A stretch of 64,000 bases of DNA from an uncultured Chloroflexia bacterium (GTDB taxonomy: Bacteria; Chloroflexota; Anaerolineae; Anaerolineales; Villigracilaceae), in assembly GCA_963739265.1 (NCBI GenBank), contig CAVTZR010000005.1, positions 507,588 to 571,587 of the forward strand. The letters are read 5' to 3'. Position 1 is the first letter of the stretch. Each line of letters begins with the position of its first letter. The notes under the pieces are model-generated. The model had not been told where the DNA came from and did no database searches. It saw only the letters and a list, made by a program, of their open reading frames with translations. This document shows positions 41,061 to 49,704 of this stretch, one piece after another. The position numbers were made by a program, and so were the translations under genes.

Positions 41061-43289
41061 CTAGGAGACGTAACTGGGCTTCTGCTCCGCTGCAAAGCTC
41101 CCAAGCAGGCTGAAGCGGGATTGCAGTGAGAGCGTGGAGTTATCGGGGTCGAGGTCATCCGCCCGCTGGTAGGCTGAGATAGCGTTCTCGTAATCGTTCA
41201 GGCGGCGGTACACGTTCCCCAGCCTGTTCCAGGAGATGGCCTTGTCCTTCTCGGTGGTGAAGAGCTCGATGCTGCGCTGGTAGAGCAGGATGGCCTCAAC
41301 GAACCGCCGCTTCTGCACATAGGCCAGCGCCAGGTTGCTGTAGGGCCAGGCGAACCAGCGGTCGAGTTCAATCGCTTTGCTATAGGCGATGATCGCATCA
41401 TCGAAAGCCCCGGTGTTGTAGTAGACGTTGCCCAGTTCGTTCCAGACGTGGGCGTTCTTGGTGTCCATCTCGATCTGCAACTCGCCCGAGGCATCCAACT
41501 TCGTCACCGGCTCCTGTGGGGCCGAGGCCTTCTCTTCCTCAACGGGTGCTGCAGCAGCTTCGGGCTGATACAGGTTGATCGGATCGTTGTTGTCCTTCAG
41601 GAACTCTTCGTACGCGCCCTGGCCCTGGGCCACCTCGGCGGCCGGTGCGGGGACTTGCGTCACCTCGGAGACCTGCGTCACCTCCACGCTGGGGGCGGCC
41701 ACCACCTCGGCGGCCGTCGGCTCAGCCTCTGCGGTCGTCACTTCTGTTGGGGCCTCGGCGGCGGGAGCAGCCGCCTGCGCCTTGACTGCGGCGACCGGCT
41801 GAGTATCTTCCAGGGTCGGGTCCGCTTCCAGCTGCTTCTCTTCGACCGGGATTGTCTGCTCATCCACGAAGGCGGCGGTCGGCTCAGCTTCGGCGACGGC
41901 ATCTGTGGTTGCAACTGCCTCCTCAGCGGCTGGCGCTGCGGGATCGGCGGTCAAGGTGGCATCGGTTGTCTCCGTCGCCGTATTGACCACGGTCACGGTC
42001 TCGGTGAAGGTTTCGATGGTGCTCTGGACCACGACGGTCGTCACGGTCCCTTCGACGCTGGTGGTTTCGGCAACCTCGGCGGGCACCGCTTCAACAGGTG
42101 CTTCAACGGCAGGCGTCTCGGCAAGCGGTGCTTCAAGAACGGGGGTCTCAGCCGCTGGCGTTTCGGCGGCGGGTCCTTGGGCGACCGGCGGTTCGGCAAT
42201 GGGCGCCTCGGAAACAGGCGCTTCAACAGCAGGTGTTTCAGCGACTGGCGTTTCGGCAACAGGCGCTTCGGCGACGGCAATTTCGGGGATCGGTGCGTCG
42301 GCCGCGGGTGCTTCGGCTGTAGCCGTCCCAGCCGGGGCTGCCGCTTGTGGTTCAGCGGCCTGCTCTTCAACAGACAGGGGGGCCTCTGGAGCCGCAGCGA
42401 CCTCAGCGGCGTGGATGGCTTCGGCCTGCGTCGGCGCTTCGACAACCACGGCCTCAGTCGCTTCGAAGGAGACAGCCGTGTCCCCGGCCTCAGCCGCGGG
42501 CCCTGAGCTGGCTGCATCGATAGGCTGGGTGGCCACGTCGGGTGTCGCCTCGCTCGCTACCTCGGGCGCCTGCGCCTCCGGTGCCTCATCCGTTGCCTCG
42601 GCGGGAGTTGCTTCGGCTGCAACTGCTTCAGAAGCCGCTTCCTCCGCCTGGCTCTCGGCCACGATCAACTCGATCGGGCTGACCATGACGGCCGCAGGGG
42701 TCTCGTCGGTGCCCTCAGCGCCAGTCTCGACCACCGTCGGGCTCTGCGGCACCTCATCCAGGTTGTCGCGGAAGCCGGCGTTGTCCCGGTCGAGCTCGTC
42801 GGCCTGCTGAAACGCATCCACCGCCATGTCGTACTCGTTCATCTTGCGGTAGACGTTCCCCAGCCGGTTCCACGCCACGGCCTTGTCCTTGTCGTCCGTG
42901 AGCAGTTCGATCGCCTTGCGGTAGACAGGGATGGCCTGATCGTGCAGGCCCTTCGAGGCCATGGCAAGTGCCAGGTTGCTATAGGCGCTCCCGAAGTTCG
43001 GGTCAAGTTCGATCGCTTGGTTGAACGCGGCGATGGCCTCGTCGTAGCTTTCCATCTTGAACTGGATGTTGCCGAGCTCGAACCAGTTCTGCGCGTTCTG
43101 CGGGTCGATCTCGATGGCCTTCTGGTATGCGCTGATGGCTTCCTTGTTCCGATCCTGTTTGTCGAACACGTTGCCCAGCCGGATCCAGGGGTTAATGAAG
43201 CGCTTGTTGAACTCGATGCTCTTCTCCTGGTAAGCCACCACCGCACTGAAGATCTTTCCCAATTCGTCCCAGAACTCATAGCTGCTCAT
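41061..43289 (-). CDS. TPR protein: TPR cassette, ~430-aa Ala/Pro/Glu/Thr/Val-rich linker, TPR cassette
   Basis: ATG 43289 sits 5 nt after GGAGG. MSSYEFWDELG.. contains KDKAVAWNRLGNVYRKM and KDKAISWNRLGNVYRRL. The stop lies 12 nt before the next gene's ATG. Confidence 0.75.
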   Translation of the reverse strand: MSSYEFWDELGKIFSAVVAYQEKSIEFNKRFINPWIRLGNVFDKQDRNKEAISAYQKAIEIDPQNAQNWFELGNIQFKMESYDEAIAAFNQAIELDPNFGSAYSNLALAMASKGLHDQAIPVYRKAIELLTDDKDKAVAWNRLGNVYRKMNEYDMAVDAFQQADELDRDNAGFRDNLDEVPQSPTVVETGAEGTDETPAAVMVSPIELIVAESQAEEAASEAVAAEATPAEATDEAPEAQAPEVASEATPDVATQPIDAASSGPAAEAGDTAVSFEATEAVVVEAPTQAEAIHAAEVAAAPEAPLSVEEQAAEPQAAAPAGTATAEAPAADAPIPEIAVAEAPVAETPVAETPAVEAPVSEAPIAEPPVAQGPAAETPAAETPVLEAPLAETPAVEAPVEAVPAEVAETTSVEGTVTTVVVQSTIETFTETVTVVNTATETTDATLTADPAAPAAEEAVATTDAVAEAEPTAAFVDEQTIPVEEKQLEADPTLEDTQPVAAVKAQAAAPAAEAPTEVTTAEAEPTAAEVVAAPSVEVTQVSEVTQVPAPAAEVAQGQGAYEEFLKDNNDPINLYQPEAAAAPVEEEKASAPQEPVTKLDASGELQIEMDTKNAHVWNELGNVYYNTGAFDDAIIAYSKAIELDRWFAWPYSNLALAYVQKRRFVEAILLYQRSIELFTTEKDKAISWNRLGNVYRRLNDYENAISAYQRADDLDPDNSTLSLQSRFSLLGSFAAEQKPSYVS
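42060..42321 (-). repeat. In-frame 15-nt periodic repeat (about 17 units) encoding (A/P)-(V/A)-(A/S)-E-(T/A)-type pentapeptides
   Basis: On the + strand the units read GGCGTTTCGGCNNNN / GGTGCTTCAACNNNN. The translation is ..APVAETPVAETPAVEAPVSEAPIAEPPVAQGPAAETPAAETPVLEAPLAETPAVEAPVE.. . Confidence 0.8.
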
Positions 43290-43320
43290 GTCCACCTCCG
43301 TCTTAATGGAACCGGATGTC

Positions 43321-45968
43321 CTATTGTTCGACGCTGCAATTGCTCAAGAGGCTGAAACGGGCCCGGGTGACCAGGCTCACGCCCTCATCGGCCAGGACTA
43401 CCGCCTTCTGATAGGCCTCAATGGCGCTGTTGTAGTCGTTCAGCTTGCGGTATACGTTGCCGAGGCGGTTCCAGGCCGCGGCCTTGTCCTTGTCGTCCTT
43501 GAGCAGATCGATGCTTTTCTGATAGAGCAGCGCGGCCTCCTGATACATGCCCTGCGCTGCAAGTGTCCCGGCCAGATTGCCGTAGAGAAGCCCGGATTCT
43601 GGTTCGAGTTCGATCGCCTTGTTAAAGGCCTCGCTGGCCTTCTCGAACGATCCGACCTTAAAGAAGACCTCGCCGCGCTCGTTCCAGGCCTGCGCGTTCT
43701 GGGGCTGCGCCTCCGTCTGGAAGTCGTCGGCCTGGTCGCGTATGCCGCCGGTCTCCGGGTCGAGCTCCGCCGCCCGTTGATAGGCCGCGACCGCGTTGGT
43801 GTAATCGTTGATGCACCGGTAGGCGTTGCCCAGTCCGTTCCAGGCGATCGCCCTGTCCTGGTCCGAGCTCAGCAACTCGATGCTCTTCTGATAGAGCAGG
43901 ATGGCTTCGGCGAATTGACCACGGGTCAGATAGGTCAGGGCCAGGTTGCTGTAGGGCACGCCGAAGGTAGCGTCCTTCAGGATGGCCTGGTTGTAGGCCT
44001 CGATCGCGCCCTCGAAGTTGCCTGCGTTGAAGCAGGCGTTGCCCTGCTCGGTCAGCTTGGCTGCGTCCGATGCCTCAAGCGCTGCGGCCGTCGTTGGGGT
44101 CGCTGCGCCCGCCGGCGTCGCCACGCCCGCCCCCGGCGTTGAGACCGGAGTGACCTTGCGGGTCTCTTCGCCTTGTGAGACGTTCTGCCCGCTGCCCTCT
44201 TCCTTGAATAGCCAGGCCGGCGGCTCAGTGATCCTGGATTCGGTTGAAGTTTCTTCCGGTTCGACCTCGGGTTGAGCAGCCGCTGCCTCTACGTTCGCGT
44301 CCGCTGCCGGCTCGACCGCATCGGTCGTTATCTCCGCGTCTTCGGGCTGCACCGGGGTCTCGTTCTTCAAGTCCTCGGCCTTGATGCCCGTGATCCCGGG
44401 ATCAAGCTTGTCCGCAGTCTGATAAGCGGCCAACGCATTGTCGTAATCGTTCAGGCAGCGGTAGACGGTCGCCAGGCGATTCCAGGAGATGGCCTTGTCG
44501 CCATCCTTCTCCAGCAGATCGATGCTGCGGAGGAGCAGCGAGACCGTCTTCTTGTACTCGCCACGCTGCATGTAGGTGAAGGCCAGGTTGCTGTAAGCCC
44601 AGCCGTATCCGCGATCGAGCTCGATCGCCTTGGAGAAGGCGGCTTCGGCCTCGGCCAGCGACTCCGCCTTGACGTGGGTCATGCCGAGCTCGTTCCAGAT
44701 CGCGCTGCTCTTTGGATCGATCGCCAGAGCCCGCTGATAGGCCTTGATGGCCTCGCGGTGCCGTTCCTGCTTGTTGAACAGGACGCCCAGCCGGATCCAC
44801 GGGGTGACGTACTGCTTGTTGAGGTCGATGGCCTTGTGGTAAGCCTTCATGGCCTCGTCGGCCCGACCGATGCTGGCGTACACATCGCCAAGTCCGCACC
44901 AGGGCTGTGCGAAGCTGGGCATGTACTGGATCGCCTTGCGATAGGCTGCGATCGCATCGTCCACGTAGCCGATCTTGAAATGCACGTTGGCCAGCCCGGT
45001 CCAGGCGATCGCGTCCTTTTGGTTGCCCTCCAGCGCCTTGCGGAAAGCGACCATCGCCTCGTCGTTGCGACCGATCTTGGCGCACAGGTTGCCCAGGTTG
45101 TTCCAGGCAAAGATCTGGTCCGGAGCGAGATGGATGGCCTGCTTGTAAGCGTCGATGGCCTCGTCGTAGCGCTCGGTGCTGCTCTTGATCAGGGCCAGGG
45201 CGTTGAAGCACTCGGCCTCGAACCAGGCATCCTGCACCTTGTTCGCGATCTGGAGCGCTTCCTGCGATCTGGGCGTCGGCCTTCTCGAAGTCGCCCTTGC
45301 GCCAGTTCAGGACGCCCAGGGTGAGTAGCAGATTGGCCCGTATGGAGCTGGCCTCCTCGCCGCTGGGCAGGTCGGTCAGCAGTGACTCGCGCAGCGAGAT
45401 CTTGGCATCCGTGTCCTCAGTTGCATCGCCGTATTCGCCAGGTCCCTGCCAGGCCGATTCCAGCGTCTGCTTGATCAGCTGCTCAGCCTTCGGGGAGTCG
45501 ACGAATTCGATCACACGATGCCGGTAGGCCCAGAAATCCGGCGCGGCATGCGCCAGCTCGACGATCTCGTTCTCGGTCAGCCAGAAGATGGTGCGGATCT
45601 GGCGCTCGACAAAGAACTCGCGCTGCAGGTTCAGGTTGGAGTACACGCCGGCTGCATCGCTCTTGCCCCAGCGGAAACCGTCGATGAAGAACACCGCGTT
45701 GGCCGGGTTCTTGAATTCCTGCAGGAAGGGGATGATCTGGCCCGTCTTGCGGTCCTTGATGCGCAGATGCACGGTCCGTTGGCCCAGGTCATACAGGAAG
45801 TTGCCCAGGGCGGCCTCGACGTCCTCGCGCACATACTCCGAGCTGTAGACGACGAGCAGGATGCAGGGTCGCTGCCATTTGACGGCCAGCTCCAGCTCCT
45901 TGGCGAGGATTTCGACCCGCTCGTCGAAGGAGCTGCGGTTCTGCGGGGACTGTCGCCTGGCTACTCAT
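43321..45968 (-). CDS. Novel N-domain plus multi-TPR protein (about 880 aa), two frame breaks (45945-45948 G4 run; ~45268)
   Basis: ATG 45968 overlaps the ATPase stop (ATGAGTAG). The N-domain reads ..FDERVEILAKELELAVKWQRPCILLVVY..AVFFIDGFRWG..NLQREFFVERQIRTIFWLTENE..APDFWAYRHRVIEF. It is followed by about 12 TPRs that include three copies of the cassette. Confidence 0.7.
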
Positions 45969-47226
45969 TGAGCAGCTTCCTCAATACCGGGTGGACATCG
46001 CACCAGTTCTCGCCGTCCCGGTATTCCAGCAGGGCCAGCAGCTGCAGCAGGGGGCGCAGGCGATCGTTGTATTCCAGGCGGTTGTTCTCGGCCACTTTCT
46101 GCAGCAGCTTCAGATCCTCCCTGTCCAGGATGCGCCGGTATTCGTTGCGGATTTCGGTGGCGGCCCATTCCACGTCCGCGCATTCCATCCGCGAGGCCCG
46201 CCGCCTGCGTGCCCGGCCGATGGCCGTGCGCATGATGCGCGCCATCTCGCGGAATACGCCGCCGCTGTAGGTGATGGCCGCTTCCAGCGCGGCTTCCTCG
46301 GCCAGCCGGGGTGCCATGCGGACGTGCACGAACTTCGCCAGCGTGTCGTACCCCTCCTGGTAGATGCGCGTCGGGTTCCATCGGCGGGTGCAGGTAGATG
46401 TTCTGCAGGAAGACGGCCTGGTCGCGGATCGAATCGAATTCCTTGCTGTAGAAGAGCGCGCTCGAGACCGTATAGACGATGGCGCAATTGGGCTGCATCA
46501 TGATCTCGCGGCGGTCATGGAAGATGGCGCGGGCCTTCTCCAGGTCCGGCTTGTCCATATCGTCGATCAGGATCAATGGGATGCGGTGCTCCTTGCTGTA
46601 GATGGCCGTGGCGATATGGTTGATGATGGAGATCAAGCCGGTGATGTCGGTCTCGACTACCTGCCGCAGCTCAACCCGCGTGGCCGGCTCGAGCTTCATC
46701 TTCATGCCGGCGTTGACGAAGAAGGCGTCCAGCGAGGCCCCCAGCTCCACGCCCGAGGTGCGGCCCTCCAGGATCGTGGAGATCTCCTTCTCAACCTTGC
46801 CCTTCCATCCGTTGAGTTCCTTGAGCAGCTGTTCGGGCAGCTCGCCGCCCCGCTTGCGATATTCCCGGAAGAGGCGGCCGCCGATCGCCAGCAGGACATC
46901 CCGAAAGTCCAGGTCGATGATGTCGGCTTCCTCGCGGATGCTGAAGTTAATCGGCCAGTACTTGCTGCGAGATCTCGGGGTTGCTCAGGAGGTGCAGCAG
47001 CTCGGTGGACTTGCCGCAGCCGCGGTGCCCGGAGAAGAAGAACTTGGGCGGCCGATAGAACGGCGCCAGGAGCGCATCGGTCAGCTCGGCGATGGGATTG
47101 CCAGGGCGGTTGATGTAGAACGGATTCGGCTGTCCATCCTTGCCGGGCTTGAGCGGAAGGTCGAGCTCGAAGTTGAGCCACGCCGCGATCGAAGTCATTT
47201 GCCACGATGTAATCGAAATTGTTCAT
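45961..47226 (-). CDS. P-loop NTPase (AAA/STAND-like core plus helical C-domain), at least 2 frame breaks
   Basis: Walker A is FFFSGHRGCGKST, Walker B is PLILIDDMDK and a sensor-like strand is NCAIVYTVS. ATG 47226 has an AGAGG Shine-Dalgarno sequence. The first ATG in the Walker-A frame is 47198. Frame breaks lie near 46955 and 46370. Confidence 0.7.
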
Positions 47227-47270
47227 GGATGCCTCTGCACTCAGTGGTCGGATGCCTGGGTCGGTCCCGG

Positions 47271-47926
47271 CTAGTCAGCCGCCGCGCCGGCAAGTCCCTC
47301 GCGGATCGCATACAGCGCGGCCTGCGTGCGGTTCGAAACGTGCAGCTTGTTGAGGATGCTGCTGACGTACTTGGCAATAGTCCGTTCGTGCACCACGAGC
47401 GTGGATGCGATCTCCTGGTTGCTCAGCCCGCGGGCGATCAGGCGCAGCGCCTCGAGCTCGCGCCGGGTCAAGGCCTGGTTGCCCAGTCCGTTCTCGGCCG
47501 GATGATCGAAGTCGTGTATCACTTTCATCGCAATCGAGGGATTGAGCGAGGCCTGGCCGGCGGCCACATCCCGGATCGACTGCAGCAGCTGTACGCGGGT
47601 CGTGTCCTTCAGCATGTAGCCGAGCGCCCCGGCGCTGGATGGCCTGGTAGACGCGCTCTCCCTCTGCAAAGCTCGAGAGGACCAGGATGCCGCGCATCGG
47701 GCACGAGGGCGCGCAGCTTGGGGATCGTGGCCAGACCGTCCTGCCGCGGCATGACCATGTCAAGCAGGATGACGTCGGGCCTGAGCTGGCGGGCAAGCTC
47801 CACCGCTTCGATTCCATCGTGCGCTTCCCCGACCACTTCCATGTCCTGTTGAAATGAAAGGATGGCAACGAACCCTTCCCGGACGACGTTCTGATCATCT
47901 ACAACGAGGACGCGTATCTTTTTCAT
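47271..47926 (-). CDS. NarL/FixJ-family response regulator (REC plus LuxR HTH), two frame breaks
   Basis: MKKIRVLVVDDQNVVREG..DVILLDMVMPRQDG.. is the REC domain and ..LTRRELEALRLIARGLSNQEIASTLVVHERTIAKYVSSILNKL.. is the HTH. Confidence 0.8.
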
Positions 47927-48002
47927 GGCTCCACCCCGGCTCGAGCATTGAAGGTTGATACTGGCATCGACGATGGACCGGTTGCCTGCGGTTGCGATCA
48001 CC

Positions 48003-48440
48003 CTAGCGGGTGGCAACGGTGAGGGCAGAGAACCGGCGTGCATTTGTTTCTGCATCTCTCAGCTCGGCTTCCTGGCTCGCCCAGAATTCGGGCGACCAGA
48101 TCTCGAAGTAATCGCCCTGGCCGACAAGCAGGACATCCTGCTGCAGGCGGGCGAACTCGCGCAGCTCATCGGGTATGCGAACGGTTTCGGGATCGTCGGT
48201 CTCCAGCTCGTGCGCCGTTCCCAGGATCAGGCGGAGCAGGAGCCGCGCCAGCGGGTCGGCGATGTTAAGCGACATGACTCGCCGGTAGATCTCTTTGAAG
48301 GCGCCGGCGCTCAGGACCTGCAGGTTGCGGTCGAACCCCTGGGTGATATAAGCACCGCCTGCCAGCTCCGGCCTGAACTGCGGCGGCACTGCGAAGCGGT
48401 TCTGCTTGTTCACCGTGCGAGAGAATTTTCCTAATAGCAC
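48003..48440 (-). CDS. mraZ: MraZ-like transcriptional regulator (two SpoVT/AbrB-type repeats)
   Basis: GTG 48440 sits 6 nt after GGGAG. It reads LLGKFSRTVNKQNRFAVPPQFR.. and ..ETVRIPDELREFARLQQDVLLVGQGDYFEIWSPEFW. No rsmH or fts genes follow it. Confidence 0.7.
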   Translation of the reverse strand: MLLGKFSRTVNKQNRFAVPPQFRPELAGGAYITQGFDRNLQVLSAGAFKEIYRRVMSLNIADPLARLLLRLILGTAHELETDDPETVRIPDELREFARLQQDVLLVGQGDYFEIWSPEFWASQEAELRDAETNARRFSALTVATR

Positions 48441-48484
48441 CTGCGGCTCCCGGCTGCGTCTTCTCGTTCCCACGTTACGGTTGC

Positions 48485-48513
48485 ATTATAGGGATTCGCA
48501 TATCCCGTGAAAA
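48485..48513 (-). promoter_or_regulatory. Sigma-70-like promoter for the MraZ-RR-ATPase-TPR unit
   Basis: The minus strand reads TTTTCA, a 17-nt spacer, then TATAAT. Confidence 0.45.
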
Positions 48514-48842
48514 CCGCATAAAGGGCCTTTGGACGCCATTCTTCGCGTTTTCCTGCGCCCGAAACGGGAAGCTTTCCTGGTCATTTATGACCGTCAGGAA
48601 TGGCGTCTCTCCAGTCCCTGGATTCTCGCGTTGCAAACGCCCCTACCGCCCCTGCGGGGCACGTCCCCCAGATGCCGCGACAGCGCTCCGGCTGAAAGAT
48701 CGCCACCGCCGCATTTGGGGGAGGATCGGAGGGGTGGCAATAAGGCACAATGCGCCCGTCCACGTCATTGTCGAAGAGCCTGCGCGCTGCAGGGCCAGCA
48801 GAACGAAGCCCGCTTGCCACCGCCGCCCGATGTAGTATGTCG

Positions 48843-48863
48843 GGGCGACCATGAAGGTCGCCC
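48843..48863. repeat. REP-like hairpin GGGCGACC-ATGAA-GGTCGCCC
   Basis: An 8-bp perfect stem. Its translations give the ..GDHEGRP.. / ..FMVAPT.. peptides that I associate with dispersed palindromic repeats in some high-GC genomes. Confidence 0.4.
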
Positions 48864-48970
48864 GAATCAGGGCAAGGATGTACCTCGCCCCTACGACTTT
48901 GCCAATGGCATCATTCCAAGTGCCCCTACCCGTTCTCCACCGTGATCGCCCGGAGCAATCAGGTCCCAGC

Positions 48971-49012
48971 AACAAAAAAGCCCGCTTGAGCAACGTGCGC
49001 TGCAAGCGGGCT
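48971..49012 (-). terminator. Rho-independent terminator after the HK-RR pair
   Basis: The minus strand reads AGCCCGCTTG-(14 nt)-CAAGCGGGCT followed by TTTTTTGTT. Confidence 0.8.
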
Positions 49013-49027
49013 GGGCCAAAGGGGCCG

Positions 49028-49699
49028 CTATTTCCTCGTGTCCCTGTCGCGAGGCTCCGTCAACCCCGTCCGGATTGCATACAGGGCAGCCTGCGTCCGG
49101 CTGGAGAGATGCAGTTTGTCGAGGATGCCGCTGACGTACTTGGCCACCGTCCGCACGTGGACGCCCATGTCGTGTGCGATCTCCTGGTTGCTCTTGCCCA
49201 ACGAGATCAAACGCAGCGTCTGCAACTCGCGGGCCGTCAACGCGTCGGGCGAGTAGGGACCGTGCGCCGGGTACTGGATCTCCTTGATCAGCTTGACCGC
49301 GATCGAAGGCTGGATCGTGGCGACGCCGTTGGCTACATCGCGGATGGCCTGCACCACCTGCAGCCGGGTCGCGTCCTTCAGCAAAAAGCCGAGGGCGCCG
49401 GACTTGACCGCTTCGTACACGCGGTCGTTCTGATCATAGCTGGTCAGGACCAGGATCTTGCATTCGGGCAGCATGCGCTGCAGCTTGGGGATGGTCGTCA
49501 GGCCATCCTGCCTGGGCATCTGCAGGTCCAGCAGCACGACGTCGGGCTTGGTCTTGCGCGCCACCTCGACGGCCTGCAGACCGTCGACCGCCTCACCGAC
49601 CACATGCAGGTCGGGCTGCAGTCTCAGGATGGCCACGAAGCCCTCCCGCACGACGTTCTCATCGTCCACGACCAGAACGCGAATCTTCTTGATCTTCAT
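49028..49699 (-). CDS. NarL/FixJ-family response regulator (paralogue of 47271-47926)
   Basis: MKIKKIRVLVVDDENVVREG..DVVLLDLQMPRQDG.. is the REC domain and ..LTARELQTLRLISLGKSNQEIAHDMGVHVRTVAKYVSGILDKL.. is the HTH. The ATG lies 5 nt after the HK stop. Confidence 0.85.
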   Translation of the reverse strand: MKIKKIRVLVVDDENVVREGFVAILRLQPDLHVVGEAVDGLQAVEVARKTKPDVVLLDLQMPRQDGLTTIPKLQRMLPECKILVLTSYDQNDRVYEAVKSGALGFLLKDATRLQVVQAIRDVANGVATIQPSIAVKLIKEIQYPAHGPYSPDALTARELQTLRLISLGKSNQEIAHDMGVHVRTVAKYVSGILDKLHLSSRTQAALYAIRTGLTEPRDRDTRK

Positions 49700-49704
49700 T
49701 ACGG

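Noticed and set aside
42060-42321. Possible CRISPR-like or satellite array
   Set aside because: The period is 15 nt, there is no spacer/repeat alternation, and the repeat is in frame within a coding region. It is a coding pentapeptide repeat.
41448-42810. Long ORFs on the + strand (352 aa, 301 aa) and in an alternative minus frame (42041-42517, 158 aa) inside the 744-aa TPR gene
   Set aside because: They are antisense or off-frame readings of the Ala/Pro/Glu/Thr repeat region. Their translations are Gly/Arg/Ser-rich low complexity, they have no RBS, and the TPR frame has clear family signatures at both ends.
48581-49005. ORFs of 79, 82, 120 and 138 aa in the gap upstream of mraZ
   Set aside because: They overlap one another in several frames and have a repeat-derived peptide composition. 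One of them runs through the terminator hairpin.
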